A DNA stretch of 62,672 bases, filler included, from an uncultured bacterium (GCA_964506785.1; 3 parts of 3 records of this genome joined end to end with filler, not necessarily neighbours in it); one strand, 5' to 3'. Positions 8,532 through 19,395 are shown, counted from the whole stretch's first letter. Notes: generated from the letters alone by a model not told the origin. A program made the numbers and translations.

Positions 8532-9164
8532 TTATTTAGAATATAACTCAACAATTAGTTGCTCTTTTATCGGCAAGCCCATTTCTTCCCTGGCAGGGAA
8601 CCGCAGTACTTCCCCAAGTAAATTTTCTGCATCAACTTGGACCCAAGACGGCATAATTCCCTTTTCTTGCCGCCATTTCAATATTTCCCTAACTCTATCG
8701 ACAACCTTCCCATTCTGTTTCACCGTGATTTTGTCGCCTTCACGGACTAAAAAGGACGGCATTCGATTCCTTGTTCCGTTAATTAAAAAATGCCCGTGAC
8801 GAGTAAGCTGGCGTGCCTCCATCCGGGAAGAGGCAAACCCAAGACGATAAACAATATTATCAAATCTTCTTTCCAACAGCAGTAAAAGATTAAACCCGGT
8901 CATTCCCTTAAGCTTGGCCGCTCTTTTAAAGTACAGACGGAATTGTTTTTCCATAACTCCGTAGATCCTTTTTACTTTTTGCTTTTCTTTTAACTGCAGC
9001 GCATAATCGCTAAGTTTCGTCCTTCGTTTACCGTGTTGGCCTGGCGGATAATTACGTTTTTCCAAACCGCATTTCTCGGTTTGACAGCGTTTCCCTTTCA
9101 GGAAAAGCTTCATTCCTGTCCGCCGGCATTCTTTGCACTTTGCTCCAACTATTGCTCTTCCCAT
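8532..9164 (-). CDS. rpsD: 30S ribosomal protein S4
   Basis: PPGQHG, QLKEKQK, ARQLTRHGH, LIVELYSK. Confidence 0.97.
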   Translation of the reverse strand: MGRAIVGAKCKECRRTGMKLFLKGKRCQTEKCGLEKRNYPPGQHGKRRTKLSDYALQLKEKQKVKRIYGVMEKQFRLYFKRAAKLKGMTGFNLLLLLERRFDNIVYRLGFASSRMEARQLTRHGHFLINGTRNRMPSFLVREGDKITVKQNGKVVDRVREILKWRQEKGIMPSWVQVDAENLLGEVLRFPAREEMGLPIKEQLIVELYSK

Positions 9165-9200
9165 ATGTACTCCTGTAATTCGTTATCTCGTTTTTTAATA

Positions 9201-9256
9201 TTGTTCACTGTAAAATGTTAGCTGTCCACTGTAACCTGTAAACTGTTAACTATATT
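9201..9256. repeat. degenerate 7-mer tandem array (CTGTwAA, about 8 units)
   Basis: ttgttca ctgtaaa atgttag ctgtcca ctgtaac ctgtaaa ctgttaa between rpsK and rpsD. Confidence 0.8.
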
Positions 9257-9258
9257 AA

Positions 9259-9660
9259 TTAGACCCTCCGTCTTTTAGGAGGCCGGCAGCCATTATGTGG
9301 AATGGGGGTAACATCTTTTATCAAGCTTATAGAAAGTCCGGCTGCCTGTAGAGATCTAATCGCCGATTCCCGTCCGGCCCCTGGACCCTTTACATACACC
9401 TCAATGTGCTTCAGACCAAAATCCATGGCCTTTTTGGCCGCTGATTCGGCCGCTAATTGTGCTGCAAAAGGAGTTCCTTTGCGGGCTCCTTTAAAACCAA
9501 TGGCTCCGGCACTAGCCCAAGTCAAAGCATTGCCTTCTTTGTCAGTAATGGTAACCACGGTATTATTAAAAGTTGATTGGATGTGAGCAACACCATGGGT
9601 AACGGTCCGGGTAATTTTTTTCTTTCGAGTAGCTTTCTGCTTTTTTATCTGTTTAGCCAT
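9259..9660 (-). CDS. rpsK: 30S ribosomal protein S11
   Basis: [30 protein letters not shown]. Confidence 0.98.
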   Translation of the reverse strand: MAKQIKKQKATRKKKITRTVTHGVAHIQSTFNNTVVTITDKEGNALTWASAGAIGFKGARKGTPFAAQLAAESAAKKAMDFGLKHIEVYVKGPGAGRESAIRSLQAAGLSISLIKDVTPIPHNGCRPPKRRRV

Positions 9661-9676
9661 TTATTCTTCAATTCTC

Positions 9677-10081
9677 CTATTTTTCAGTTTTCCCCGCTGT
9701 TTTCTGCGCGGATTTTTTACGCATCACCCCAACCGTTTTCTTTGGTCCCTTACGTGTTCGGGCATTAGTTTTAGTACGCTGCCCCCTGACCGGCAATCCT
9801 CTGCGATGCCGAATCCCTCGATAACAACCAATGTTTATCAACCTCTTGATGTGGGAATCAACTTCCTGCCGGACATCCCCTTCTACTTTATAATCTTTAG
9901 AAATGACCGCGTTTAATTTGCCCAGTTCTTCATCGGTAAGGTTCTTCACTCTGGTATCAGGGTTAATTTGGGCTTTAGCTAAAATTCTAAGGGATTGTGT
10001 CCTGCCGACTCCATAGATATAGGTTAAGGCGATTTCAATCCTTTTATCCCTTGGCAAATCTACACCAACAATTCTGGCCAT
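9677..10081 (-). CDS. rpsM: 30S ribosomal protein S13
   Basis: [29 protein letters not shown]. Confidence 0.98.
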   Translation of the reverse strand: MARIVGVDLPRDKRIEIALTYIYGVGRTQSLRILAKAQINPDTRVKNLTDEELGKLNAVISKDYKVEGDVRQEVDSHIKRLINIGCYRGIRHRRGLPVRGQRTKTNARTRKGPKKTVGVMRKKSAQKTAGKTEK

Positions 10082-10239
10082 TTCTCCCTCTCTCTATAAA
10101 ATTTGTCTAGAGTGCATCCCACATTACATAACTAACATGCAAACACACCGTCTATAGTTATGTCCCATGTGTAAAATGTCATCTATTTTGGACCCTCTTT
10201 CCATCTTTTCATTACACATTCAAGATTAGACAATTTTTA

Positions 10240-10353
10240 TTATCCCTGCCTCTGCTTATGCCTCGAGTTTGAACAGATAACTCTCAGGATACCTTTTCTC
10301 TTAACAATCTTACATTTTTCGCAAATCCGCCTAACCGACGGTTTAACTTTCAT
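10240..10353 (-). CDS. rpmJ: 50S ribosomal protein L36, zinc-binding type (absent from ORF track)
   Basis: Hand translation [37 protein letters not shown]; lies between infA and rpsM. Confidence 0.97.
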   Translation of the reverse strand: MKVKPSVRRICEKCKIVKRKGILRVICSNSRHKQRQG

Positions 10354-10369
10354 TTTATCCCTCAAATAA

Positions 10370-10588
10370 TCATTTACTGCGATAAGTTATTCTTCCTTTA
10401 GTCAAATCATAAGGAGAAAGTTCAACCGTCACATTATCTCCAGGAAGGATGCGGATAAAATTCATCCTCATTTTCCCTGAAACATGGGCCAAAACTTTGT
10501 GGCCATTTTCTAATTCAACTTTAAACGTGGCATTAGGCAAAGTTTCCCGAACTATCCCCTGAACCTCGATTGCTTCTTCTTTTGGCAT
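10370..10588 (-). CDS. infA: translation initiation factor IF-1
   Basis: [29 protein letters not shown]. Confidence 0.98.
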   Translation of the reverse strand: MPKEEAIEVQGIVRETLPNATFKVELENGHKVLAHVSGKMRMNFIRILPGDNVTVELSPYDLTKGRITYRSK

Positions 10589-10623
10589 CTCGCTTATCCT
10601 TCTTTCACCCTTTTATAACAGGT

Positions 10624-11376
10624 TCATCTTGTTAATATCTTTGGCCCACGGGAAGTAATGGCTACCGTGTGTTCAAAATGAGCCGATAAACTTCCGTCTC
10701 TGGTTACCACCGTCCAATTATCCTTCTCTATTTTTACTTCACTTCCGCCAATATTAACCATCGGTTCAATAGCCAAAACCATACCCTCTTTTAACCTTGG
10801 CCCTTGACCCGGCGGACCAAAATTGGGTATCGGCGGTTCTTCATGCAGCTCTTTTCCAATACCGTGTCCCACAAACTCTCTGACCACGGAAAACCCATCT
10901 CTTTTGGCGAAACATTCTATGGCATATGAAATATCCGAAAGAAACCCGCCATCTCTTGCCTTTTTAATTCCCTTAAACAGAGCCTTTTGAGTAGAGGCAA
11001 TCAAACGCTTAGCTTCTGGTGTTATTCTGCCTATCCCCTGAGTAAAAGCCAAGTCAGAAAAATACCCTTTATATTTAATCCCGATATCGACGCTGAGAAT
11101 ATCTCCCTCAACTAATTTCCGGGAACCAGGAATAGCATGCACCACCTGATTGTTAAGAGAGGCGCAAATGCTTCCGGGAAATCCCCGATAACCTTTAAAA
11201 GCTGGCTCTGCCTGACTCTCCCGAATTAATTCTTCAGCTAATTTATCCAAAAAACCAGTTGTTATCCCGGCTTTAATTTCTTTTTTTAAAACATCCCTAA
11301 CACCGGCCAGAAGCTTCCCTGCTTGATACATCAGCTCTATCTCTTCCGGTTTCTTTATAGAGATTTGCGCCGTCAT
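10624..11376 (-). CDS. map: methionine aminopeptidase type I
   Basis: VGHGIG, HEEP, AIEPMVN, SAHFEHT. Confidence 0.97.
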   Translation of the reverse strand: MTAQISIKKPEEIELMYQAGKLLAGVRDVLKKEIKAGITTGFLDKLAEELIRESQAEPAFKGYRGFPGSICASLNNQVVHAIPGSRKLVEGDILSVDIGIKYKGYFSDLAFTQGIGRITPEAKRLIASTQKALFKGIKKARDGGFLSDISYAIECFAKRDGFSVVREFVGHGIGKELHEEPPIPNFGPPGQGPRLKEGMVLAIEPMVNIGGSEVKIEKDNWTVVTRDGSLSAHFEHTVAITSRGPKILTR

Positions 11377-11430
11377 AATTTTTCGACACCTTTCGCCCTC
11401 TCAGGGCACAAATAACCCCCAACCGCTCTT

Positions 11431-12090
11431 TTAACTCCCTTTCTTGATTTCATTTAACATTGCAAAGAGTTTAACCTGGGCTTCCTCAAGGGGTAAATCG
11501 CCAGGGAAATCAATCAAAATTCCTTTATCCCTATAATATTCGATTAAAGGGTAAGTGTTTTCATTATAAACCTTTAATCTTTTTTTAACTGTCTCTTCCC
11601 GATCATCTTCCCGGATATACAGTTCACCCTGACAACGATCACAAATACCTTCTTTTTTGGGCGGCAGATTTTTAATATGGTAATTAGCTCCGCACTTCCG
11701 ACAGACCCGCCGCCCGGCAAGCCGGCTGATAATCACGTCATCGGGAGTAACGAAATTTATAACTTTTCCGATGGCTCTTTCTTTCCCCAAATAATTATCT
11801 AAAATCTCAGCCTGTTTAATCGTCCGGGGGAAACCATCAAGAATAAATCCATCTTTAACCTCTAAGCTATTAAGCCGACGCTTTATAATCTCGATAACCA
11901 GGTTATCCGGAACCAACTCACCCTTTTGAATATACGGTCTCACTTTATCGGCCAATGGGTCGCTTTCTCTTAGGATCTGGCGCAAAATATCACCCATAGC
12001 CACATGAGATATGCCCAGTTTTTCGCTCAACTGTGCCGCTTGCGTTCCTTTTCCTGCTCCTGGTGGCCCGAAAAAAATTAAATTCTGAAT
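11431..12090 (-). CDS. adk: adenylate kinase (probable ATT start at 12090)
   Basis: The P-loop GPPGAGKGTQ lies upstream of the ORF-track start and in the same frame. LDGFPRT and a CxxC/CxxC zinc lid are present. SD GAGGAG sits 6 nt before the in-frame ATT. Confidence 0.93.
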   Translation of the reverse strand: MQNLIFFGPPGAGKGTQAAQLSEKLGISHVAMGDILRQILRESDPLADKVRPYIQKGELVPDNLVIEIIKRRLNSLEVKDGFILDGFPRTIKQAEILDNYLGKERAIGKVINFVTPDDVIISRLAGRRVCRKCGANYHIKNLPPKKEGICDRCQGELYIREDDREETVKKRLKVYNENTYPLIEYYRDKGILIDFPGDLPLEEAQVKLFAMLNEIKKGS

Positions 12091-12136
12091 TTTCTGCTCC
12101 TCACTATTATATACGCTATTTTGATATTCGATTCTT

Positions 12137-13453
12137 TTAGTATCTTCCTTTTATTTTACCCTTTTTAATAAACCCTTCATAATGACGCATCATTAGATGC
12201 GATTCAATCTGTCGAATCGTATCCAGACTAACGCCAACAACAATCAAAAGCCCGGTCCCGCCAAAAAAACTGGCGATTATATAAGGGATTTTTAAACCGC
12301 CATAGATAAGCGTAGGAAACTCCGCGACAACCACCAGATATATTGCTCCAATTAAAGTGATTCGGGCCATGATATGGTCAAAAAATTCAGACGTCGGCCG
12401 CCCCGGGCGAATCCCGGGGACAAAACCGCCGTATTTCTTCATATTATCTGAGACATCGGTCGAATTAAAGGTAATCGCCGTATAAAAAAAACAAAAGAAA
12501 ATAATCAAGGCGGCATTGACCAATAAATAAAACCAGCCGCCGGGATTTAACAGTTCGGCAAACTTCCGCATAAAACCGACCCGGGCAAATTGAGCTAAAG
12601 TGGCCGGCATCATCATAATCGAAGAAGCAAAAATTATGGGAATAACACCGGGATGATTAACCCTCAGGGGAATGTAGGTGCTTTGTCCGCCATATATTTT
12701 CCTTCCCACAATCCGCCGGGCATACTGGACAGGGATATTACGCTGTCCCTGGCTGAGAATAATTATCGCCATAACTATGCCCACAAACATCGCCGCTAAA
12801 AATAACAGCTTGAAGAAACGGATTTCCCCGGCGGCAAAAAGAATTCCTAAATTATGCAAGGCTGGAGGAAATCTTGAAATAATTCCGGCGGTGATAATCA
12901 GAGAGATGCCATTGCCGATTCCTCTTTGCGAAATTTGCTCTCCCAGCCACATAATAAAAATAGTCCCGCAGGTTAAAGTAATGACGGTAACCATCCGAAA
13001 ATGCCAGCCGGGATCGGGGACGACAATAATGCCGTTAAAATTACGGGCGTTCTCTAACCAGAAACTGATACCGAATGATTGAATGACGCTTAAGATTACC
13101 GTGGCCAAACGTGTATACTGATTTATCTTGGCTCTTCCAGCCTGTCCTTCTTTAGAAAGTTTTTCCAATTGGGGAATAACTACGGTAAGAAGCTGAAAGA
13201 TAATCGAGGCACTGATATAGGGCATAATTCCCAGGGCAAAAACCGTCAATCTCCGGAATGAACCTCCGGAAAAAAGGTCCATAATGCCTAAAAGAGTCCC
13301 TTGAGCCTGGCTAAAAAATTGACTTAAGGCCGCCCCATCTATGCCCGGTGTAGGGATATGGGCGCCAACACGAAAGACAAAAAGAAGACCGACAGTAAAA
13401 AATATTCTTTTCTTAAGCTCTGGAATTTTAAATATACTTTGTACTGCTCCCAT
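12137..13453 (-). CDS. secY: preprotein translocase SecY
   Basis: FALGIMPYISASII, GIGNGISLII, IPIIFASS, PGIRPG. Confidence 0.98.
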   Translation of the reverse strand: MGAVQSIFKIPELKKRIFFTVGLLFVFRVGAHIPTPGIDGAALSQFFSQAQGTLLGIMDLFSGGSFRRLTVFALGIMPYISASIIFQLLTVVIPQLEKLSKEGQAGRAKINQYTRLATVILSVIQSFGISFWLENARNFNGIIVVPDPGWHFRMVTVITLTCGTIFIMWLGEQISQRGIGNGISLIITAGIISRFPPALHNLGILFAAGEIRFFKLLFLAAMFVGIVMAIIILSQGQRNIPVQYARRIVGRKIYGGQSTYIPLRVNHPGVIPIIFASSIMMMPATLAQFARVGFMRKFAELLNPGGWFYLLVNAALIIFFCFFYTAITFNSTDVSDNMKKYGGFVPGIRPGRPTSEFFDHIMARITLIGAIYLVVVAEFPTLIYGGLKIPYIIASFFGGTGLLIVVGVSLDTIRQIESHLMMRHYEGFIKKGKIKGRY

Positions 13454-13460
13454 AAAAATC

Positions 13461-13955
13461 CTATTTTATTACTTCCGCCCGGCCGCCTTTTTCTTCAATC
13501 TTGTGCCTGGCAGATTTACTTAAGGCATGGGCCTTGATGACCAAGGCTTTTTTTAGCTCTCCTCCGCCTAAAATTTTTATTCTATTTTCCCTTTTTTTAA
13601 TTAAGCCTTCCTTTATCAACAGCTCGGGCGTAACCACCGTATCTTTTTTAAATTGGTTCAGGCTATATAGATTGACTACCGCGTATTTTCTGCGGAAAAT
13701 ATTGGTAAAACCTCGTTTGGGAATCCGTCTGACTAAAGGCATTTGGCCGCCTTCAAACCCCGGACGTTTTCTCCCTCCGGAACGTGCTTTCTGCCCCTTA
13801 TGCCCGCGGGTAGAGGTTTTTCCATGCCCGGAACTTGGTCCTCGGCCGACCATTTTCTTCCTTTTTTTTGCCCGGATTGAATATTGCAGTCTATCCAAAC
13901 CCAAAATCGGCGATACTTTCTCTTTCTTAACTTTATTCTTCTTCGAGGACATCAA
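13461..13955 (-). CDS. rplO: 50S ribosomal protein L15 (start uncertain)
   Basis: [28 protein letters not shown]. Confidence 0.96.
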   Translation of the reverse strand: MMSSKKNKVKKEKVSPILGLDRLQYSIRAKKRKKMVGRGPSSGHGKTSTRGHKGQKARSGGRKRPGFEGGQMPLVRRIPKRGFTNIFRRKYAVVNLYSLNQFKKDTVVTPELLIKEGLIKKRENRIKILGGGELKKALVIKAHALSKSARHKIEEKGGRAEVIK

Positions 13956-14478
13956 TCATTTCTCCGGTTCTGCGTCTCTTTTCGACATCTTCTTTCGTTT
14001 TTAAACTCTGAAGACCTTGCAAGGTCGCCCGGACAAGGTTTATCGGATTATTACTGCCCATTGATTTAGTTAAAACATCTTTTACTCCGCCTAAATCTAA
14101 AACCGGACGGGCCGAACCTCCAGCAATAACCCCGGTCCCCGGGCTAGCCGGGCGGAGAATAATTCTGGACGCCCCAAAACACCCGATGATTTCGTGAGGT
14201 ATTGTCGTCCCGTCCAAAGAAACAGTAAAAATATGTTTTTTCGCCTGTTGGGTAGCCTTATTAATTGCTTCAGGAACACCATTGGCTTTACCAAAGCCGC
14301 AGCCAATTTTACTTTTCCCGTCACCTACCACCACCAAAGCATTAAAACTGAAACGTTTCCCTCCTTTAACTACTTTGGAAACGCGGTTCACGCTAATTAC
14401 CCGTTCGGCTAACTCTGGTTCTTCAGCAAAAAACGATTCGCCTTGTTGCCTGCCTTTTTTGACTTTTTCCTTTGCCAT
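13933..14478 (-). CDS. rpsE: 30S ribosomal protein S5
   Basis: [23 protein letters not shown]. Confidence 0.97.
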   Translation of the reverse strand: MAKEKVKKGRQQGESFFAEEPELAERVISVNRVSKVVKGGKRFSFNALVVVGDGKSKIGCGFGKANGVPEAINKATQQAKKHIFTVSLDGTTIPHEIIGCFGASRIILRPASPGTGVIAGGSARPVLDLGGVKDVLTKSMGSNNPINLVRATLQGLQSLKTKEDVEKRRRTGEMIDVLEEE

Positions 14479-14840
14479 TAAAACTCCAACCCTCCCTGTC
14501 TTGCTTCTTCAGCCAAAGCTTTCACCCGGCCATGATAAGCATAGCCGGCACGATCAAAAACTATTTTTTTAATATTTTTCTTCAAAGCCTTTTCTGCCAG
14601 CAGCTTACCGACTGCTTTAGCCGCTTCGATATTGCCGCCGTTTTTAAATTTCTTCTTTACCTCTGCATCCAAACTGGAAAGGGCTAATAAAGTTTTCCCC
14701 TCCGCATCGTTAATAATCTGGGTAAAAATATTGTTCAGGCTTCGAAAAATACACAGCCTCGGGCATTGTTTCGTCCCTTTAACCTTTAGCCTTATCCGCT
14801 TATGTCTTTTGACTCTTCCAGTTTGTCTATTCTTAATCAA
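14478..14840 (-). CDS. rplR: 50S ribosomal protein L18
   Basis: [25 protein letters not shown]. Confidence 0.97.
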   Translation of the reverse strand: MIKNRQTGRVKRHKRIRLKVKGTKQCPRLCIFRSLNNIFTQIINDAEGKTLLALSSLDAEVKKKFKNGGNIEAAKAVGKLLAEKALKKNIKKIVFDRAGYAYHGRVKALAEEARQGGLEF

Positions 14841-14851
14841 ATCGGTTCCTC

Positions 14852-15418
14852 TTATTTGCCGGCACCAGGCGCCCCGATGCCCACGGCGGCCTTACCTGCT
14901 TTTCGCCGGACATGCTCGTTCAAATAACGGATGCCTTTGCCTTTATAAGGCTCCGGCGGGTAAAAATGGCGCACCTCTGCCGCCGTTTCCCCGACTAAGT
15001 GTTTATTAAACCCTTTGATGACAATCCGGTTCCCTTTAATAACGGAAATTTCTATCCCTTCAGGGATAGAATATTCTATCGAATGGGAAAACCCTAATTG
15101 AAGTTGAAGTTTCCCGCCCTGAGACTGGACTCGAAAACCGACTCCATGAACCTCTAATATTTTTTCAAACCCTTCGGTGACTCCTGTAATTAGATTGGCT
15201 AACAGTGCGCGTATCAACCCCTGATAGGCATCAGCCGCTTGCGTTTCTTTCAATTTAACTACACAAAGTTCTTTGCCGTCTTTTACTTCAAGTTTCACTA
15301 AAGGTTTGATTTCCTCTTTAACTTTTCCTTTAGGCCCTTCTATTTCGACTGCATCTGCTCCAATGTTAACTTTTACCTTTCCCGGAATAACTACGGGTTT
15401 CCGCCCTACTCTAGACAC
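14852..15418 (-). CDS. rplF: 50S ribosomal protein L6
   Basis: SRVGRKP from GTG 15418; [12 protein letters not shown]. Confidence 0.97.
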   Translation of the reverse strand: MSRVGRKPVVIPGKVKVNIGADAVEIEGPKGKVKEEIKPLVKLEVKDGKELCVVKLKETQAADAYQGLIRALLANLITGVTEGFEKILEVHGVGFRVQSQGGKLQLQLGFSHSIEYSIPEGIEISVIKGNRIVIKGFNKHLVGETAAEVRHFYPPEPYKGKGIRYLNEHVRRKAGKAAVGIGAPGAGK

Positions 15419-15453
15419 TATACACCTCACCATTCAAGCCCATGCTGAGCAAC

Positions 15454-15846
15454 TTACCACACGTAACAAAGAACTTCACCGCCGACATTTGCCTGGCGGG
15501 CTTCTTCATCGGTTAAAATACCCTGCGGAGTTGAAAGAATGGCAACTCCCAATCCTCTCAGGACATAAGGAATGCCTTTCTTCTTTCTGTAAACCCGCAG
15601 ACTCGGCCGGCTAACTCTTTTCAGTCCGGTAATAACTCTTTTTTTCTCCGGCCCGTAGCGAAAATAAATTTTAAGAACCGGTTTTTTACCGCTTTCGGCA
15701 ATTTTATAATCTTTTATAAAAGCTTCTTTTTTCAAAATTCGGGCAACACCCAGACGCATCCGGGAAGAAGGCATCTCCAGCTCAACCTTTCGCGCCTGGT
15801 GAGCGTTACGGATTCTGGTTAACATGTCAGCAATCGGGTCAGTCAT
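15454..15846 (-). CDS. rpsH: 30S ribosomal protein S8
   Basis: MTDPIADMLTRIRNA, GGEVLCYVW. Confidence 0.98.
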   Translation of the reverse strand: MTDPIADMLTRIRNAHQARKVELEMPSSRMRLGVARILKKEAFIKDYKIAESGKKPVLKIYFRYGPEKKRVITGLKRVSRPSLRVYRKKKGIPYVLRGLGVAILSTPQGILTDEEARQANVGGEVLCYVW

Positions 15847-15890
15847 CTTTTATCTCCTTACAGGGATTAACCCAGGTCTCTATTGGGATT

Positions 15891-16079
15891 TTACCAGCTT
15901 GCTTTAATCACTCCGGGGATTTTCCCTTCAGAGGCTAAATTTCTAAAACAAATCCGGCAAAGCCCAAATTTTCGGTAATATCCCCGGGCTCGGCCGCATA
16001 TAAAACAACGATTTTTCTGTCTGACTTTGAATTTTGGCTTCCGTTTAGATTTTTCGATCATCGCTAATCTAGCCATCAA
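15891..16079 (-). CDS. rpsN: 30S ribosomal protein S14 (zinc, type Z)
   Basis: RCFICGR...[15 protein letters not shown]. Confidence 0.97.
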   Translation of the reverse strand: MMARLAMIEKSKRKPKFKVRQKNRCFICGRARGYYRKFGLCRICFRNLASEGKIPGVIKASW

Positions 16080-16631
16080 TTAACTCTCCGATTTTTTAAA
16101 AGGCATGCCTAAGCGCAACAGCAATTCCTTGACTTCTTCTTTCTTCCTGGAACTGGAAACAATACTGATGTCCATCCCGTTAATCTTAGTTACTTTATCG
16201 AAATCTATTTCTGGAAAAACGATTTGTTCACGGACAGCCAATGAGAAATTTCCATTTTTATCGAAGGAAGAATCGCTTACTCCCCGAAAATCCCTGATCC
16301 GCGGTAAAACCACGTTTACCAGCCGGTCAAAAAATTCATACATAATTTTTTTTCGCAAAGTTACTTTGCATCCGATAGGAGTCCCTTTTCTTAACTTGAA
16401 ATTAGAGATGGACTTTTTCGCCCGGGTCATTACCGGGCGCTGTCCGGCAATCATAGCTAATTCCTCCATAGCGGTATCTAAAATTTTGCGATCAGACATT
16501 GCTTCTCCGCCACGGCCCATATTGATAACTATTTTTTTAAGTCTGGGCACCTGCCACTGATTGCTATATCCAAATCTTTGCATCATCCCTGGTATTATTT
16601 CTTCTCTATATTTCTTCAGCAGTCGCGACAT
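16080..16631 (-). CDS. rplE: 50S ribosomal protein L5
   Basis: KSISNFKLRKG, PRIRDFRG, EQIVFPEI. Confidence 0.98.
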   Translation of the reverse strand: MSRLLKKYREEIIPGMMQRFGYSNQWQVPRLKKIVINMGRGGEAMSDRKILDTAMEELAMIAGQRPVMTRAKKSISNFKLRKGTPIGCKVTLRKKIMYEFFDRLVNVVLPRIRDFRGVSDSSFDKNGNFSLAVREQIVFPEIDFDKVTKINGMDISIVSSSRKKEEVKELLLRLGMPFKKSES

Positions 16632-16676
16632 ATCGTCCTGTCTCCTAAACAGCTGTGCTTTAGCGTTTCTTCGTTT

Positions 16677-16991
16677 TTAAGCTTTTACCGGCTCCCCGCA
16701 TTTCCGGCAATACCTTTCTCTCTTCCCATCGCTTAAAAGCCTTCTTCCGACGCGAGTGGAACGGCTGCAACGGGTACAGAAAATTTGAATATTAGAACAA
16801 TTCAACGGGATTTCTTTATCGACAATTCCACCTTTTTGCTGCTTGGCGGAAGGACGGAGATGCTTTTTGGCTAAATTTACTCCTTCAACAATAGCCCGAT
16901 TATTTTTAGGAAAGATTTGAAGGACTTTGCCGACCTTGCCTCTATCTTTCCCGGATATAACCTTGACCATATCGTCTTTTCTAATTTTCAT
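16677..16991 (-). CDS. rplX: 50S ribosomal protein L24
   Basis: KOW motif VISGKDRGKVG, VEGVN; CxxC pairs near the C-terminus. Confidence 0.97.
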   Translation of the reverse strand: MKIRKDDMVKVISGKDRGKVGKVLQIFPKNNRAIVEGVNLAKKHLRPSAKQQKGGIVDKEIPLNCSNIQIFCTRCSRSTRVGRRLLSDGKRERYCRKCGEPVKA

Positions 16992-17015
16992 TATTAATAC
17001 CTATATCAGTTTTTT

Positions 17016-17384
17016 CTAAACCACTTCAGGAGCCAAAGAAATAATTTTCGTAAATTTTTTTTCTCTTAACTCTCGGGCTACCGGGCCAAAAACACGCGTC
17101 CCCTTTGGTTCACCTTGGTCGTTTATAATCACCGCCGCATTACTATCAAACCGAAGATAAGAACCGTCTGGTCTTCTAATCTCCTTATGGGTTCTGACAA
17201 TGACGGCCTTAACTACTTCTCCCTGTTTAGTCACTCCATCAGGAATCGATTCTCTAACCGAAGCAACAATTATATCCCCAACCCGGGCGTAGCGCTTTTT
17301 TGAGCCGCCAAGAACACGGATACAGCGGATTTTTCTAGCCCCGGTATTATCAGCGACATTAAGATAGCTGTGTATCTGAATCAT
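17016..17384 (-). CDS. rplN: 50S ribosomal protein L14
   Basis: [12 protein letters not shown] from ATG 17384; [18 protein letters not shown]. Confidence 0.98.
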   Translation of the reverse strand: MIQIHSYLNVADNTGARKIRCIRVLGGSKKRYARVGDIIVASVRESIPDGVTKQGEVVKAVIVRTHKEIRRPDGSYLRFDSNAAVIINDQGEPKGTRVFGPVARELREKKFTKIISLAPEVV

Positions 17385-17385
17385 C

Positions 17386-17649
17386 TTATTCTCTAATCTT
17401 CTCCAGCACTTCAACTACCCGCCAGTGCTTATCTTTGCTCAAAGGGCGGGTTTCGGAAATTCTTACTTTATCGCCTAAATGTGCCTTGTTTCCCGAATTA
17501 TGGGCTTTAAATTTCTTGCTCTTCTTGACCCGCTTCTTGAGAAGAGGATGAACAAACATTCTATCTACCGTAACTACCACCGTTTTTTCCATGCGGTCGC
17601 TGGTAACAATACCTACTTTTACTTTCCTTTTTTCCCTTTTTCTTGTCAT
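17386..17649 (-). CDS. rpsQ: 30S ribosomal protein S17
   Basis: [21 protein letters not shown]. Confidence 0.97.
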   Translation of the reverse strand: MTRKREKRKVKVGIVTSDRMEKTVVVTVDRMFVHPLLKKRVKKSKKFKAHNSGNKAHLGDKVRISETRPLSKDKHWRVVEVLEKIRE

Positions 17650-17840
17650 TTCTTCAATTGTCTTTCTCTGGTTATCGTCTTCATACAGGCAATATCCTTT
17701 TTGACGCTTCGAATCTGGCGATGTTTTTTTAATTGACCGCTTCGCACCTGCTGCCGTAAATTATACAATGCGGCTTCTTTCTCCCGGAGTTTTAAATTAA
17801 TTTCTTCGTCGGTTAAATCGCGAATTTCTGCTGGTTTCAC
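17646..17840 (-). CDS. rpmC: 50S ribosomal protein L29
   Basis: EIRDLT...IRSVKKDIA; lies between rplP and rpsQ. Confidence 0.93.
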   Translation of the reverse strand: MKPAEIRDLTDEEINLKLREKEAALYNLRQQVRSGQLKKHRQIRSVKKDIACMKTITRERQLKK

Positions 17841-17845
17841 GAGAT

Positions 17846-18259
17846 TTATTCTCCTCTAGAAACAAACCGGGAATGAACTGGAAGTTTATGAGCTGCCAAT
17901 CTCAGTGATTCGCGGGCCAACTCCTCAGAAAGCCCTTCAATTTCAAAAACTATCCTTCCTGGTTTGACTACTGCCACCCATCCCTCGGGCATCCCTTTTC
18001 CTTTACCCATTCTGGTCTCAGCTGGCTTTTTAGTAAAAGATTTATCAGGAAATATTCTAATCCAGAGCTTGCCTCCTTTTTGAATGTGGCGACTGATAGC
18101 CACTCGAGCCGCTTCAATTTGCTGGCTGGTAATCCAGGCTGGTTCTAAAGCCTGCAAACCATATGAGCCAAAATGGAGGCGGTTGCCCCGTTTAGCTTTT
18201 CCTTTGCGGCGTCCCCGATGAATCTTGCGAAATTTTACTCTTTTGGGCATTAAAACCAT
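17846..18259 (-). CDS. rplP: 50S ribosomal protein L16
   Basis: [20 protein letters not shown]. Confidence 0.98.
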   Translation of the reverse strand: MVLMPKRVKFRKIHRGRRKGKAKRGNRLHFGSYGLQALEPAWITSQQIEAARVAISRHIQKGGKLWIRIFPDKSFTKKPAETRMGKGKGMPEGWVAVVKPGRIVFEIEGLSEELARESLRLAAHKLPVHSRFVSRGE

Positions 18260-18273
18260 TATTAATCACCTTT

Positions 18274-18954
18274 TTATCTGGCTTCTGGTTTCTTACCTCT
18301 ATCTTCTTTTTCCTTTTGTTTCTGCTCTTCGTGTGCCTTCTCTTCCTGATAAATCCAGACTTTTACGCCAATCGCTCCATAGTTGGTATGTGATTTCACG
18401 CAAGCATATCTAACGTCGGCTCCTAAAGTGTGCAAGGGAATCTTCCCTTGTTTGACACTTTCGCTGCGCGCAATCTCTGACCCGCCTAACCGGCCGGAAC
18501 ATATAATCTTGATACCATCCGCTCCTTGCTGCAGAGCCTGACTCACCGCTTTCTTCATTGCCCGGCGGAAAGGAATTCTTTTCTTAAGTTGCAAAGAAAT
18601 TCCCTCACCCACCAACTGCGGATCTAATTCTGGTTTATTAATCTCTTGGATATTAATAAAAATCTGCTTATTGGTCATTTTTTGTAATTCGTCGCGGAGA
18701 CGATCTATATCGCTGCCTTTCTTTCCAATGACAACTCCTGGCCGAGCCGTATGAATGTCAATGCGCATCTTCTTATCTGTTTTTTCAAGAATAATCTTCC
18801 CTACTCCAGCAAAAGAAAGGCTATTTTCTATATGCCTTCTAATGTTAACATCCTCTTCTAAAAGAAAATGATGCCGCTTTTTTGCAAACCAACGCGAATC
18901 CCAAGCTTTAGTTACAGCAAGCCTAAAACCTCTAGGATTTACTTTTTGTCCCAT
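18274..18954 (-). CDS. rpsC: 30S ribosomal protein S3
   Basis: MGQKVNP, RPGVVIGKKG, GRLGGSEIAR. Confidence 0.98.
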   Translation of the reverse strand: MGQKVNPRGFRLAVTKAWDSRWFAKKRHHFLLEEDVNIRRHIENSLSFAGVGKIILEKTDKKMRIDIHTARPGVVIGKKGSDIDRLRDELQKMTNKQIFINIQEINKPELDPQLVGEGISLQLKKRIPFRRAMKKAVSQALQQGADGIKIICSGRLGGSEIARSESVKQGKIPLHTLGADVRYACVKSHTNYGAIGVKVWIYQEEKAHEEQKQKEKEDRGKKPEAR

Positions 18955-19354
18955 GAGTCCCCGCCTTTATTTTTAGTCTTTCCCGGATTACAAGATTAAC
19001 ATGCGCTGTCCTTTTTAGATATCGATCCGCCCGGCCCATAGCCCGAGGACGAATCCGCTTCCACCGGACGCCGTCATTAGCCCAGACCCGGGCAATATAT
19101 AAATCTTTCTCCTCAACCTTTCCTTTTTGCCTGGCGTTAGCAACCGCTGATTTAATTAGTTTAGTGACAACTTTTGAGCTTCGCTGAGGAAGACCTGCTA
19201 AAATCTCAAAGGCCCTGGGTACATTTTCCCTTCGGACTGCATTGATAACCAGCCGTACTTTACGCGGAGAAATACGTACAAACCGAACTATCGCCTTTGC
19301 CTCTATAGCCTGTTTCGTTTCTGCTTCTCTATTACTTCTGGCCTTTCTTGCCAC
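18932..19354 (-). CDS. rplV: 50S ribosomal protein L22
   Basis: RISPRKVRLV, SAVANA, PRAMGRA. Confidence 0.97.
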   Translation of the reverse strand: MARKARSNREAETKQAIEAKAIVRFVRISPRKVRLVINAVRRENVPRAFEILAGLPQRSSKVVTKLIKSAVANARQKGKVEEKDLYIARVWANDGVRWKRIRPRAMGRADRYLKRTAHVNLVIRERLKIKAGTHGTKSKS

Positions 19355-19395
19355 TTAGTTCTTACTCCTTCGCAAAAAAATCATCCATTCTCTAC

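Noticed and set aside
10109-10236. Long rpmJ-rpsM spacer with weak inverted ends (AGAGTGCATCC / GGACCCTCT) and an ATTACAC-like patch
   Set aside because: The pairing is too weak to call an IS end or ncRNA without a search.
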